From a virus (Duplodnaviria; Caudoviricetes): a DNA stretch of 60,099 nt. Numbering within the stretch: the first letter of the stretch is position 1; each line of letters opens with the position of its first letter. This document shows positions 17,579 through 27,900 of this stretch, one piece after another. The stretch lies in the IMG/VR virus record IMGVR_UViG_3300044631_002674, positions 1 to 60,099 of that record; one strand, given 5' to 3'. The notes under the pieces are model-generated. The model was not told the origin of the DNA and searched no databases. It saw only the letters and a program-made list of their open reading frames with translations. Made by a program: the position numbers and the translations under genes.

Positions 17579-18493
17579 TTATGCAGAGATTTTTTGCTTT
17601 GTCAACTCGCGAATGCGGAAAATAGCTTGACACTTAAATTTCATCTCAACATCCCAAAGTACGTCACGCCCATAGTTGTTAGGGATTGAAGCTGGCATAT
17701 CAGCATGCTTGCGAGTGCCGTCAACACCTTCGCTATAGTGAAACAACGGACTTGTTGGCCAAGTGTCATAAGCAAGATTGAAGGCTTCTTCGGCGCTCAA
17801 ATTGTCGTGCAAAATACTATGATGCAAGTTGTCGTAAGTAACTGGAATCTTGCGCGAATTAAAAAAGTATTTAATAAGATTCTTGATGCCCCAAACACCT
17901 TTGGCATTGTCATTGTTTTCAAGAACAAGGCGCTGGCGAATGTTGTCGGGAAGGGAATCATAAACGCTCAAAACTTTATCAGCAAGTTTTTGAGGCTCTG
18001 CTGTTTCCTGCCTGACGTGTATGTTGAGAGGCGAACGATAATCTTGCGGCAAATCCAACAGGTCAAAAATCTCTGCATGTTGCTGCAAGTCAAGAATGCT
18101 GTTGTCAATACATTCTTGATTGCTAGAGGATAGAGTAATATACTCGCTAGGGTGAGCAGATAGTCGAATAGGATGAGAACGAAGAAGCTGCTTGATTGAC
18201 TCACAAACAGAAACAATGTTTGCGTAATTTGGCAAATCTGCAATGCGAAGACGAACATCTTTGTGCGTCAAAACTGGAGCGAGAGAAGATGAGAGACGAT
18301 AACCTTGAATATTGTTAAGCTGGCAAAAACGAATAGTATTGAGAGTCATCTTGAAATTATGCAAGATGCGCTCAGAAAGCTCTTGAATAGCAGTGTTACG
18401 AGGCAGTTTGGCAAACTGCGTGTAAGTCATGGAGCGAAAGCTCTGCCCGTTATCAGACAATGTTTTGGAGATGCAGCAAAGGGATAGGTTCAT
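17579..18493 (-). CDS. uvsE: UV damage endonuclease
   Basis: LCCI, YRLSS, RLSAHP, RLVLENND, YDNLHH, FHYSEG, HAD, VEMK motifs. Confidence 0.92.
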   Translation of the reverse strand: MNLSLCCISKTLSDNGQSFRSMTYTQFAKLPRNTAIQELSERILHNFKMTLNTIRFCQLNNIQGYRLSSSLAPVLTHKDVRLRIADLPNYANIVSVCESIKQLLRSHPIRLSAHPSEYITLSSSNQECIDNSILDLQQHAEIFDLLDLPQDYRSPLNIHVRQETAEPQKLADKVLSVYDSLPDNIRQRLVLENNDNAKGVWGIKNLIKYFFNSRKIPVTYDNLHHSILHDNLSAEEAFNLAYDTWPTSPLFHYSEGVDGTRKHADMPASIPNNYGRDVLWDVEMKFKCQAIFRIRELTKQKISA

Positions 18494-18498
18494 GGTTT

Positions 18499-18526
18499 AC
18501 TATACCATCTTGTTGCTGCTTGTCAA
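18499..18526 (-). promoter_or_regulatory. sigma70-type promoter for uvsE
   Basis: TTGACA-16nt-TATAGT with TG extension, 5 nt upstream of ATG. Confidence 0.75.
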
Positions 18527-18536
18527 GAAACAAGCG

Positions 18537-19124
18537 TTAATAGTTCGGCTCTAGGCGCAATATATTATTGATTTCTTTTTTGATTTTCTTGATCATTCTA
18601 TGCTTGGCAAGATAAATTGCATCGCAATTTACTTTATATTTGTTCATGACTTCTTCATTACTCAAGTTCTGAAAATGAATATCATTAAAAATCATATAGT
18701 CCTTATTTTTGCGCTGCTGTTTAAGATTTTTAAGCGCCTTAATGAACAAATTTTGCCGATATGATTTCTCGATAATGGAGTCAATTTCTTGATTCTCATC
18801 TGGCTGCATTTCCAGCAGCAAGTCGTCTCCAGATGTGACTTTTTTGTTCATTCTTTGGTTGCGGCGAATAATGTCAATCATTCTCCACTTGGCAAACGTG
18901 GTTACCCAAGAATAAATATTACCCTTTGACGAGTCAAACTTCTTCTCTTTAAAGAAATTCGCCATAGAGATAAAAACCTCTTGAACAACATCATCAACAT
19001 CTTGCGATGGTAGCTTATATGAGATTGCAAGAGACTTTAAATAATCATAAAATTGAGAAAAAAACGAATCCCAACTTTTTTTATTTTGCCAATCACAAAG
19101 ATTTTCTTCTTTAAATTCGCTCAT
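18537..19124 (-). CDS. ECF-type RNA polymerase sigma factor
   Basis: region 2 DVDDVVQEVFI...KGNIYSWV...WRMIDIIRR; region 4 AIYLAKHR. Confidence 0.85.
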   Translation of the reverse strand: MSEFKEENLCDWQNKKSWDSFFSQFYDYLKSLAISYKLPSQDVDDVVQEVFISMANFFKEKKFDSSKGNIYSWVTTFAKWRMIDIIRRNQRMNKKVTSGDDLLLEMQPDENQEIDSIIEKSYRQNLFIKALKNLKQQRKNKDYMIFNDIHFQNLSNEEVMNKYKVNCDAIYLAKHRMIKKIKKEINNILRLEPNY

Positions 19125-19357
19125 TTTGAAGAGGTTAAAGGTCTAAACTTGGAGATTTCGTTTTGAAGATTGGAATATTTCTTGTGCGAATGCCAAATTT
19201 CAATAAAGTTTCCGCTCTTGTAAACTCCTTGAGTTGTTGTAATCACTGTATTTGGCGGCAAAAACAATTCGGGAGGCTGTTGTTCTAGCTTTTCAAGCGG
19301 AACGGGCTTTTGCTGACTGCACCCGCTAACCAATAGCAGAATCAAAAGTTTTTTCAT
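19121..19357 (-). CDS. small lipoprotein (possible o-spanin)
   Basis: MKKLLILLLVSG-C signal and lipobox, Pro-rich body. Confidence 0.6.
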   Translation of the reverse strand: MKKLLILLLVSGCSQQKPVPLEKLEQQPPELFLPPNTVITTTQGVYKSGNFIEIWHSHKKYSNLQNEISKFRPLTSSK

Positions 19358-19602
19358 TTCTTTAGGTCTTGTAAGAAGATGTGCATTTTTTGCTGCTCTT
19401 CAATAATTTCTTCATCTAGCTGTTCAGCTTTTCTTTGAGATTCTGGTGTTGGAATGTTACGAACAACATCTCTCCGAGCGGAAAGCTTGTCAATTCTGGC
19501 ATCAAACTTCTCCAAAATATCAAAAAGAAAAGATTTATTGCGCAGCTTGAGATACTCAACCCCAAGCTGCAACAACAAAGGAATGGCGTCTAAAATTTTC
19601 AC
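19354..19602 (-). CDS. hypothetical coiled-coil protein (possible i-spanin partner)
   Basis: weakly hydrophobic N-terminus then charged helix; ATGA overlap with the lipoprotein. Confidence 0.5.
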   Translation of the reverse strand: MKILDAIPLLLQLGVEYLKLRNKSFLFDILEKFDARIDKLSARRDVVRNIPTPESQRKAEQLDEEIIEEQQKMHIFLQDLKK

Positions 19603-19796
19603 GCTTTCTTGGAAAGAGCGTTAAAAATAACCTTTTCTTCTTGGCCGATTTCACAATCGCAAATATAGCCGCCGATGTGTCGGGCACAGTCTAGCGCCCA
19701 AATATAAGCGTCTGCGAAATAATGATCATAAGAAGCTTGATGCTCGCCTTTTTGACTATAAACTGAATACCACTTAATACCTGATTTCTTTTCCAT
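19599..19796 (-). CDS. hypothetical protein
   Basis: 65-aa ORF. Confidence 0.6.
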   Translation of the reverse strand: MEKKSGIKWYSVYSQKGEHQASYDHYFADAYIWALDCARHIGGYICDCEIGQEEKVIFNALSKKA

Positions 19797-19803
19797 GTTA
19801 TTA

Positions 19804-20049
19804 TTAGTTAGTTTTGCTCATTTTGATAAGAGAGTCGTGAATCATGTGGCGGGTTTGCCAATCAATAATTCGACCATTATCATCTTTGGGAAGTTCTGAC
19901 GTTACTTGCTCCAAGTCCAAGCCGAAGGCTGAACATAGAGCTTTAATTTTGCGCAAAACGCCGATTTCCTTGTATTTTAGAACTGCCCAACAGAGGTCAA
20001 TCTGTTCTGGCTTGCTCTTTTCAATTGCCTTGGCAAGAATATTGCTCAT
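19804..20049 (-). CDS. hypothetical protein
   Basis: probable start MSNILAK. Confidence 0.6.
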   Translation of the reverse strand: MSNILAKAIEKSKPEQIDLCWAVLKYKEIGVLRKIKALCSAFGLDLEQVTSELPKDDNGRIIDWQTRHMIHDSLIKMSKTN

Positions 20050-20106
20050 GGTTTTTTTTACTTTTATTATTTGTTTGTGGTTTGTTATTGAGTGCCTAAG
20101 CACAAA

Positions 20107-21030
20107 TTATAATACTACAGAAAGGATGCTTGTCAAGGTATTTTTGGACTCTTCTTTTGCTTTTTCTTTCCAAGAACGGAAGCAGTAGTCGCGAATTTCT
20201 GGGAATAAATATTGAGTTTTCCCCACTAATTCTTCCTCGCTACTAACCACGCAATAAGTAGGTACGTCATAACCAGACAAGGCAATGGTATTTTTACAAC
20301 TATAGTCGAAAAAAGTAAGAACGTTATAATTGAGAGCTTCGTAAAATCGGTTAGCAAGACAGTTGTAGTTATTGTGGTTAACTTCGTCTTCAATATAGAG
20401 GCTAGTCTCGAAATTAGAGAGTCCTTCTTTTGACCAGTTGATTCGGTCAATGAAGGGGCCATTGACTCCAATTGTGTTAAATTTTTCACGGTTTTTTTGA
20501 TGTGTTGAGACTTTTACGCGGCCTTTTAAATATTTACGGAATGAAGGTTCGCGATCTTTACGAAAAGAACCGTAATAAACGCAACCAGATTTTTCATTAT
20601 TTGTTTCTTTTGGGTCAAAAATTAATGAATTTAAATTGATAAAGTGCCAATCGTCCACATACTTTTCTACGATTTTAGAGATGTCTGGACTGTGATTAGC
20701 GATAACTTCATAGCGGCGACCTTCTTTCACCGCCATCCACAAGGCGCGAGGCTCTCCAAGGTTGTATTCATTTGTGATATGAAAAAGCTTGGCTTCTGGA
20801 CTGGCTTTTAGCCAAGCATAGTCAACATACGAATAGTGGCTCGCATGATTAAAGATGATTCGGTCATATCCACTCTTGATTTCGTCATTGACGGTTGGAT
20901 AGCTCCAAACAAGATCAGCTTCATGACCGTTTTGAATTAAAAAATCCTTAATCTTTTTAGCGTTAAGCCAGTGAAGATTTTGAGGTTCTTTTATGGAACC
21001 TTTGTGAGAATCAATGAGCAAAAACTTCAT
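20107..21030 (-). CDS. GT-B glycosyltransferase resembling T4 DNA beta-glucosyltransferase
   Basis: colinear motifs YDRIIF, KLFHITNE, VYYGSFRKDRE, PFIDRI, LYIED...NRFYEAL...FFD, VSSEEEL match the recalled T4 BGT motif order. Confidence 0.65.
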   Translation of the reverse strand: MKFLLIDSHKGSIKEPQNLHWLNAKKIKDFLIQNGHEADLVWSYPTVNDEIKSGYDRIIFNHASHYSYVDYAWLKASPEAKLFHITNEYNLGEPRALWMAVKEGRRYEVIANHSPDISKIVEKYVDDWHFINLNSLIFDPKETNNEKSGCVYYGSFRKDREPSFRKYLKGRVKVSTHQKNREKFNTIGVNGPFIDRINWSKEGLSNFETSLYIEDEVNHNNYNCLANRFYEALNYNVLTFFDYSCKNTIALSGYDVPTYCVVSSEEELVGKTQYLFPEIRDYCFRSWKEKAKEESKNTLTSILSVVL

Positions 21031-21275
21031 TGCGGGAAGAATTCAATCGCCAAACGTCCAAGAGAATCTTCGATGTGAGCGTAACCCTCAAATATAAATC
21101 GGTCACTAATGACCAATGTTTTATAAATCTCAAAGGGAAACCTGCCACGATCAGGAACTTCAATATAATGCAATGTGTTTCCATCGTGACACATATTACA
21201 ATTTTCAAATTCAATCTCCATCCAATCAAGGTGAGAGCGATTATTTGCGCCAATGATTTTAATTTTTCCAGTCAT
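21027..21275 (-). CDS. hypothetical protein
   Basis: 82 aa; TTGACA-17-TAAGAT promoter at 21281-21309. Confidence 0.7.
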   Translation of the reverse strand: MTGKIKIIGANNRSHLDWMEIEFENCNMCHDGNTLHYIEVPDRGRFPFEIYKTLVISDRFIFEGYAHIEDSLGRLAIEFFPQ

Positions 21276-21283
21276 GTTATATC

Positions 21284-21949
21284 TTAATATGAGTATTTGA
21301 ATATGTCAAGGTCTTTTTCAAAGATTTTTTCAATTATCTTTTTGGTTTTAGAATTGTAATAATTTTTATAATCTGTTCTGTTGGAGGAATTGCTGTGAGG
21401 AATGTCGGCAGTAATATGTTTAATTTGACACAAATCGAGCATTTCTTGAAAATCATTTTTTAAATTCTCAAATCTGAGAATAAAATTTGGCTTGAATGCG
21501 CCATCAAACCACTCTGTTTGCTGATGAATTGCAATAAAATCTTTATTATTATTTGAATGATTTTCTTTCATTATGTCGCAAAAATCTTTGAAAGAAATAT
21601 CGTTTGATTCTTCATATAATGTCCCAAGGCGATTTTCTTTGGCGAATTGAAACATGGAAACGGCTCTATCAAATGGATTCCTCACAACAGCAAAGGACAT
21701 GTAATTTTTCACCATGCTTCCAAAAATTCCATAGATTTCGTCTGGCTTTGCATGAGTTGGAGAAAACCAATTCTTATATAGTTTTTTCTTGAACAAGGCA
21801 TCAATAAATATTTTCTCATGTTTTTTGATGAGATTATGCTCACCAAGATGTGAATAAATGGAAGTGCTGGCATTTTTAGGAACACGAACAAAAATCATGC
21901 TCCAAATCCATTTATGAGAACATGGAGAAAGTTCTAGCATTTTGGCCAA
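21284..21949 (-). CDS. sulfotransferase family 2 (carbohydrate sulfotransferase-like) protein
   Basis: FVRVPKNASTSI (5'-PSB), VVRNPFDRAVSMF (3'-PB), LRFENL, D...F.Y. Confidence 0.85.
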   Translation of the reverse strand: MAKMLELSPCSHKWIWSMIFVRVPKNASTSIYSHLGEHNLIKKHEKIFIDALFKKKLYKNWFSPTHAKPDEIYGIFGSMVKNYMSFAVVRNPFDRAVSMFQFAKENRLGTLYEESNDISFKDFCDIMKENHSNNNKDFIAIHQQTEWFDGAFKPNFILRFENLKNDFQEMLDLCQIKHITADIPHSNSSNRTDYKNYYNSKTKKIIEKIFEKDLDIFKYSY

Positions 21950-22452
21950 ACTTTAAATTTTAAGTTTTCAAAAATGTCTGAAAATTTAATGATTGAGATT
22001 TCGTCTTTGCGCCCTTTTCTTTGGTAAATTTTATAAAGAGCGTCTCTTGAGCAATCTACCCTGCTATTTTGATCAACGATTTTCATGCACAGTTTCCATA
22101 GGCAGGGGCGACTTACTAAAATAAAGTCGTTCTCTCGCTCAAAAGCAATGTATTGCGCTGCTCCAACAAGCCATCCACCATTACCAGCCACATTCAAAAA
22201 CTCAACCCAAATCAAATCGTTATTTGTTTCTTCGTCCGTTCTTTTGATTTTTTTGCTTGCTTTAATGTCTATGGAATAAGTGGGATAATTCTCTTTTGAA
22301 AGAAACACATCAACGTGGGCGAGTTGTTGTTTGCGATCAGCTTTAATTGCTTTCCACCCTTGTTTTTCTGCGATTGAAATGAATAAAGCTTCTGCATCAT
22401 GTCCTTTTTCTGAACACTCTCCTGTTCTGTCAAACCGATTACGGTATCTCAT
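21934..22452 (-). CDS. putative PD-(D/E)xK nuclease-fold protein
   Basis: HVD...IDIKA, IWVEF.N..G..GWL.GAA. Confidence 0.55.
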   Translation of the reverse strand: MRYRNRFDRTGECSEKGHDAEALFISIAEKQGWKAIKADRKQQLAHVDVFLSKENYPTYSIDIKASKKIKRTDEETNNDLIWVEFLNVAGNGGWLVGAAQYIAFERENDFILVSRPCLWKLCMKIVDQNSRVDCSRDALYKIYQRKGRKDEISIIKFSDIFENLKFKVWPKC

Positions 22453-22954
22453 GATATGCGAAGTCTCTTATAAATTGAAAATTAAATACTTTTTGCGCTA
22501 GAGCGACAAAAGGTTGTTTTTTATGTTTGCGGCGAATATTGCCAGCGATGTATTTTACACCGTACTTTTGTTTAAGCAACTGATAAATATCATAAGAAGC
22601 GTTCTGAAAAAGATTCTTGTTAAAGTTTCTTGACGCAGCAAATACAAATTCGCATATTTTTTCATCTTTATTGAACTCTTTTGGAATTTCTAGAGTCTGT
22701 AAAAAAAAATCAAATGCTATAAAAAATATTAATGAATTATTTTGTGAAGCGTAAAATATTTTTGTTTTTTCTATTAAGAATTTGAAATACTCTTCGTGTT
22801 TAGCGTTTAACTCGGAAAGGGTTCTGCATTTAAAATCTATGGGTTTTGATCGCTGCAAGAAATCTTGAAAGAGGGTTTTGAGTTCTTCGATTTGTTGCGC
22901 GTCTCCTAAAAATTCGTGTAATTTATAGTTTAAACCGTTATTATTTTTAACCAT
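22439..22954 (-). CDS. hypothetical protein (possibly GNAT-like)
   Basis: about 171-aa ORF head-to-head with tail L; start uncertain. Confidence 0.6.
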   Translation of the reverse strand: MVKNNNGLNYKLHEFLGDAQQIEELKTLFQDFLQRSKPIDFKCRTLSELNAKHEEYFKFLIEKTKIFYASQNNSLIFFIAFDFFLQTLEIPKEFNKDEKICEFVFAASRNFNKNLFQNASYDIYQLLKQKYGVKYIAGNIRRKHKKQPFVALAQKVFNFQFIRDFAYHEIP

Positions 22955-23969
22955 GCCCATTAACAATAAAGTTTCTAAAGATTTGCTTGATTTGGAGCCG
23001 ACAGCAGTTTTAGAATTTTATAAAATCTACTATGATACGGTGAACGAGCCAGACTCTTTCTTTCCGTTTCATCCTTGCTCGAATGGGCTTTTGGGCAAAA
23101 TAGTATTGAATGGAATATCCTATGTGCCGTTAGCTGTTGAGGTTGAAGATTTTGAATCAAATATCTTAAACAGGATTAGTCGCCCAAGAATCAGGATCAG
23201 TAACGATCAGTTGGTTATCAGTCAAATTCTTCGGAGAAAGAATGATTTTAAATTTGCAAAGCTTGAGAGAGTAAAAATTTTTGTTAAATACATTGACGAT
23301 GTGAATTTTGAAGGCGGCATAAATCCTTATGGCGTTGCCGATCCAAACTCTGAAATTTCCCGCGACACTTATGTTGTTTCTCAAAAGACACAGGAAAACA
23401 AGTCATTGGTTGAATTTGAGCTAACTGCGCCGTTTGATTTGGAAAATTTTACCATTCCTGGCCGTTTAATCATGGGAAGGTATTGCTATTGGCAGTATAG
23501 AGGATTGGGATGTCACTATTTCGGCCCTCCTGTTTGTCAAGAAAACGACTCTCAGTTCACTTATGTCCCAACAGGAACTTTCAACTTTCAAAGTTCAAAT
23601 AACGAATGGAGATATGGGGCTTATTATGGAGCAGGCGCTATAGTGTATATCTCAACTCAAAAAGACCCGTTCAAGACTTGGTATATTTGTAACGAAGCTC
23701 ATTTGGCGTCTGAGAATAACATGCCTGGATTAGATAATGCTCCTTGGGAAAAGGATGGTTGTTCAAAATCCATTGGAGCTTGCAAAAAAAGATTTTACGA
23801 ACCCTCTATTTCATACAGTGGAATATCAGGCTCTTCAACAATAACTGGTTCTGTTTATAATCCTGTGCCAAGTGCTCAAACAGCCAACTTGTCTTCGTTT
23901 TATTTGCCTTTTGGCGGGTTTCCAGCAACAGATAATTATCAATATGGACAATCTTACGGTAAAAAATAA
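22953..23969 (+). CDS. minor tail protein L-like
   Basis: RPRIRISN, VEFELTAPFDLE, CYWQYRGLGC.Y, DGCSKSIGACKKRF, LPFGGFP (four Cys). Confidence 0.88.
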   Translation: MPINNKVSKDLLDLEPTAVLEFYKIYYDTVNEPDSFFPFHPCSNGLLGKIVLNGISYVPLAVEVEDFESNILNRISRPRIRISNDQLVISQILRRKNDFKFAKLERVKIFVKYIDDVNFEGGINPYGVADPNSEISRDTYVVSQKTQENKSLVEFELTAPFDLENFTIPGRLIMGRYCYWQYRGLGCHYFGPPVCQENDSQFTYVPTGTFNFQSSNNEWRYGAYYGAGAIVYISTQKDPFKTWYICNEAHLASENNMPGLDNAPWEKDGCSKSIGACKKRFYEPSISYSGISGSSTITGSVYNPVPSAQTANLSSFYLPFGGFPATDNYQYGQSYGKK

Positions 23970-24348
23970 AAGCTTTAAGAAGATTTTGGCTTTTATTCAA
24001 GAACATTGTGAAAGATATTTTGCGGTAGAATGCTGTGGTTTTATTGGTAAAAATGGGAAAGATTATGTGGTTCAATTTGTGCAAAACAGATCACCAAGAC
24101 CAAATGATTTTTTTTGCGTTGATCCTCTTGATTATTTAAAATTCAAAAGCGAAAATGAATTTGTTTCCTTGCTTCATTCTCACATTAATGGAGATGAGTC
24201 TTTCTCTGAAACAGATAAGGCTAATTCTGAAGCAACATGTTTGCCATCTATTGTTTACTCGTTAAATACAAAGAAATTCGCTATTTATGAGCCAAAAACT
24301 CATGAAGTAGATGTAATTACTCTTAATAAGGTAAAAGGCTATCTATGA
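23944..24348 (+). CDS. tail assembly protein K-like (JAB/MPN domain only)
   Basis: ECCGFI...HSH.......SETD JAMM motif; start ATG 23944. Confidence 0.85.
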   Translation: MDNLTVKNKSFKKILAFIQEHCERYFAVECCGFIGKNGKDYVVQFVQNRSPRPNDFFCVDPLDYLKFKSENEFVSLLHSHINGDESFSETDKANSEATCLPSIVYSLNTKKFAIYEPKTHEVDVITLNKVKGYL

Positions 24349-24962
24349 CAGAAATTCATTTACATGGTATTTTAGGGCAAAAATATGGGAAATTGCATAA
24401 ATTTGCAATCAAAAACCCTCAAGATGTGGTGCGGGCACTAGAGGCGAACCATGAAAACTTCACAAAAGACCTGAAAGACTTGTTAAAAAATAACATTATT
24501 TATTCTATTGTTGCTGATAATCAGTGGATTCGCGGCGGTCTTCACAGTAAACAACAAAAAATTAAGAAAATAGATTTTGTGCCGACAATTTTAGGTTCTG
24601 GGCCAGTTGGGTTTGCAGTGGCTTCCGTAGTTATTTCTGTGGCTGCGGCAGTTTATTCCTATGTTCAAGCGGGGAAACAACAGTATCCTCAAATTCCTGG
24701 AGCGGAGGGAACCACTTCTGCATCCTCTAAATCCCTCTCGTTCTCTAATCGAGAAAATCTCGCTGAACAAGGCAATCCAGTGCCACTAGCCTATGGAAGA
24801 ATAAAAGTTGGCTCTTATGTTGTGCAGAGCACAATTAAATCTTTCCCACTTACTCTTACTTTAACAGACGAATTTTTAAACTCAACATCTAAAAAATCTG
24901 GAAACCAAGTGGCTATTGTTGATGCTCCAGATTCAGTCCTAAGTAATCCAACATTCTCATGA
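24345..24962 (+). CDS. tail assembly protein I-like
   Basis: IHLHGILGQKYG, QGNPVPLAYGRIKVGS.V.S. Confidence 0.85.
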   Translation: MTEIHLHGILGQKYGKLHKFAIKNPQDVVRALEANHENFTKDLKDLLKNNIIYSIVADNQWIRGGLHSKQQKIKKIDFVPTILGSGPVGFAVASVVISVAAAVYSYVQAGKQQYPQIPGAEGTTSASSKSLSFSNRENLAEQGNPVPLAYGRIKVGSYVVQSTIKSFPLTLTLTDEFLNSTSKKSGNQVAIVDAPDSVLSNPTFS

Positions 24963-27900
24963 ATCATTTTTCTAAAAAATATATTAATGGTATTGTTGGA
25001 GCGGGCGGAGGCGGAGGCGGCTCCTCGTCTCCTCCACCTCCACCAACATTAAAACCGCCGAAGCTTGGCGATTTGCAAGCTGTATCTTCTTATGATTATT
25101 CTGAGAGTATTGATTTGATTTCCGATGGCGAAATTGATGGATTTGTTGATCCAAAAGGTAGATATGTGGAAAACATTAGATTATTTGAGAGCGTTTATTT
25201 AGAAGATGTCGTTGTGCGACAATCGGTTGACGAAAGCTCTTCAGAGATTAAGTTTGAGTATGATTTGAGCTTTATCCAAACAGCGCTTGATAACAGATTT
25301 TATAATAATGGAAGTTTTGTGGAAACTTCGATTAGCGACCTCTCTTCCTTTTCGGCGAACAATGGCGCTGGAATATCTTGTTCTTTCTTATCTTCTAAAA
25401 ATGATATTGCAAGTTCTATTTTCGCAACTTTGTCAAAAATTAATAGCGATTACACTTTAAGCTCTTCTAATAAAGACTCTGATATTTTTAAGCAACTGAG
25501 AATTTTAAATTCGCAATTTAATTTTTTATCAGAAAGAGAAGTGCAAACCTATCTCTTGCCAGACTATCCAGACAATTTAGTTGATGAGTATCCTTTTGTT
25601 TCTCTCAAGGTTTCTTTTGAAGTTCCATTAGATTCTAGCTACGTTTTTTCCATTGATGATTTGTTTCAATTTGAAAATGACGTTTATAATCAAATCTATT
25701 TTGACCTAGAATCAACAGAGCTACAGAATAAAAAAATTCTCTCGCCCAAAAAGGCAATCAATCTAACATATTTTGCTCTAAGAGACGGTGCTTTTTATCT
25801 TAGCGGAGATTTTTATTTATTCATATATAAAAGGGATGGTTATTTATTGCAAAATGGAATTGATGCAATAATTAAAGAGGTTCAGGCTGCCAAAATCATT
25901 AGGACATTTGCCAAGTTTAACTATTCAAACGTTTCTTTAGAAACAAGAAACGGCCAAGATTTGCAAAAACCTCTAAGCTTATTTAATAAGACGTATCTGA
26001 CAAAAGATTATGGCACAAAACTAAAAGGCCCGTTTCAAAAAGGTCAACCAGTATTAACGCTACTAAATGCAGAATTTAATACTGCGGATACCAGATATAA
26101 TCAAAATAGCGCGGCTTCAAGCAGTGGAAAACTGTCTGATTCGGAAGTGGTAATTGCTCAATCATATATCACTCAAACCGAATATAATGATTATAAGAAT
26201 TTACATACATATTTGTTTAGAAATGATTCGTCTTTTGAAGCGGACGTATCTGCCGTTAATAACAATGGAGCCTCTAACCAAGGATGGTATTTTAAAAATA
26301 TTTCAATTTCTACCGATATAATCAGCGCACAATTTTTTGCCATTGGCACAGGCACGTTAAATATAACGATTTCTTTTGATAAAAATACAAAAATTTTTAA
26401 TAGATATTACATTTATAATGTAAACGGAGGAACGCAATACTCATATCCATTTGTAAACGAGGGAACAACATATATTACTTCATCGAGTCAATTTGATTCG
26501 TATTATTGGAATAATACTCCTGAAATGTTTTCTACTTTATGTCGCGTCTTGTTAGATAAATCGTTGAGTGTAGAAGGAAGCAGTGATACTAGAAAAACAG
26601 ACGCCTCAACACTTGTAAGTTTCAGTGATTGGAACAAAGATTACACAAAGTATTCTTACGAGCCTTCGTCAAGAATTACGCATGTTATTTTAAATCCTAA
26701 TGTTGAACAAGTGTTTTTAACAATCAATATTAATGCGTTAGGGGATACCGCTCAGCAAAACATGACTTTATTAAAGTCAGATGGCGTTAATGAGTCTGTA
26801 GAAGCTGGCGCAAGCATCCCTTCCGTGATTGAATTTATGGTTGAAGCTGGATACCAAAGTTTAGATGGAACAGAGGAGGTGTCGTTGCAGCGCAGATACC
26901 AAATCAGAGGATTGATAAATTCTCCTGTTTATATTGATGTTGGAAGAGAAGAAAACGCGCAAGCGATTCAACAATATAGTCGTTTTATTTTAGGAACTGA
27001 GAATATTGCTCAGCCAATTTCTATTCCTAAAAGTCAAAACGGCAAGACTCGTTTCGTAAGAATTTACCGTTTAACTTATGAATCTTATTCTTCTCTGGTA
27101 AGGCGCGAAATCTATTTGCAAAAAATAACAGAAATTATTAACGCTCCATTTTCTTATCCATATTCTGCGATTTGTGGATTAAAATTAGATGCGAGATCGC
27201 TTTCTTCAATACCTTCTCGTAGTTATGACGCAAGGTTTAAAAAGGTTTTCGTTCCAAGTAATTATTTCCCGCTCAAGTCAAACGGCCAAGACAAAAGATA
27301 TATACTAGGCTCTGATCTCTCTGTTTTTAATTCATTAAGTCCTCTCGATGATGATAAAATTATTTATAGGGATAATTGGGACGGAACTTTTAAACTATCT
27401 TGGACAGATAATCCTGTATGGATTTTATTTGATATTCTAATAAATAGAAGATATGGGTTGGGGAATTTTATTTCTCCATCCGAAATTAACTATTGGGAGC
27501 TATACAAAATTGGAAGATATTGTGATGCTGTTGATTCTAATGGCGTGTTTGTTGGCGTGTCCGCCGCTGATGGGGGTTTAGAGCCAAGATATGCTTTTAA
27601 TGGAGTTATTGCGGACAAGGTAAATGTCTTTGAATCTTTGAAATCTTTAATTGCTTCTTTCCGTGGCAACATGTTCTATACCAATTCGGAAATTAATTTT
27701 ACCAATGACCGATTAAAGCCAATCATGGCATTCTTTAATAATGCTAATGTCAAAGACGGCATGTTTAACTATGCAAACGAGCGAAGAGATTTGCAATATA
27801 ATGTTATTGAAGTTACTTATTTGGACAGGGATGACTTGTTCAAACAAAAAATTGAATATGTTGAAGACCCTGATGACATTAAGGCTCGCGGTATTTTAAG

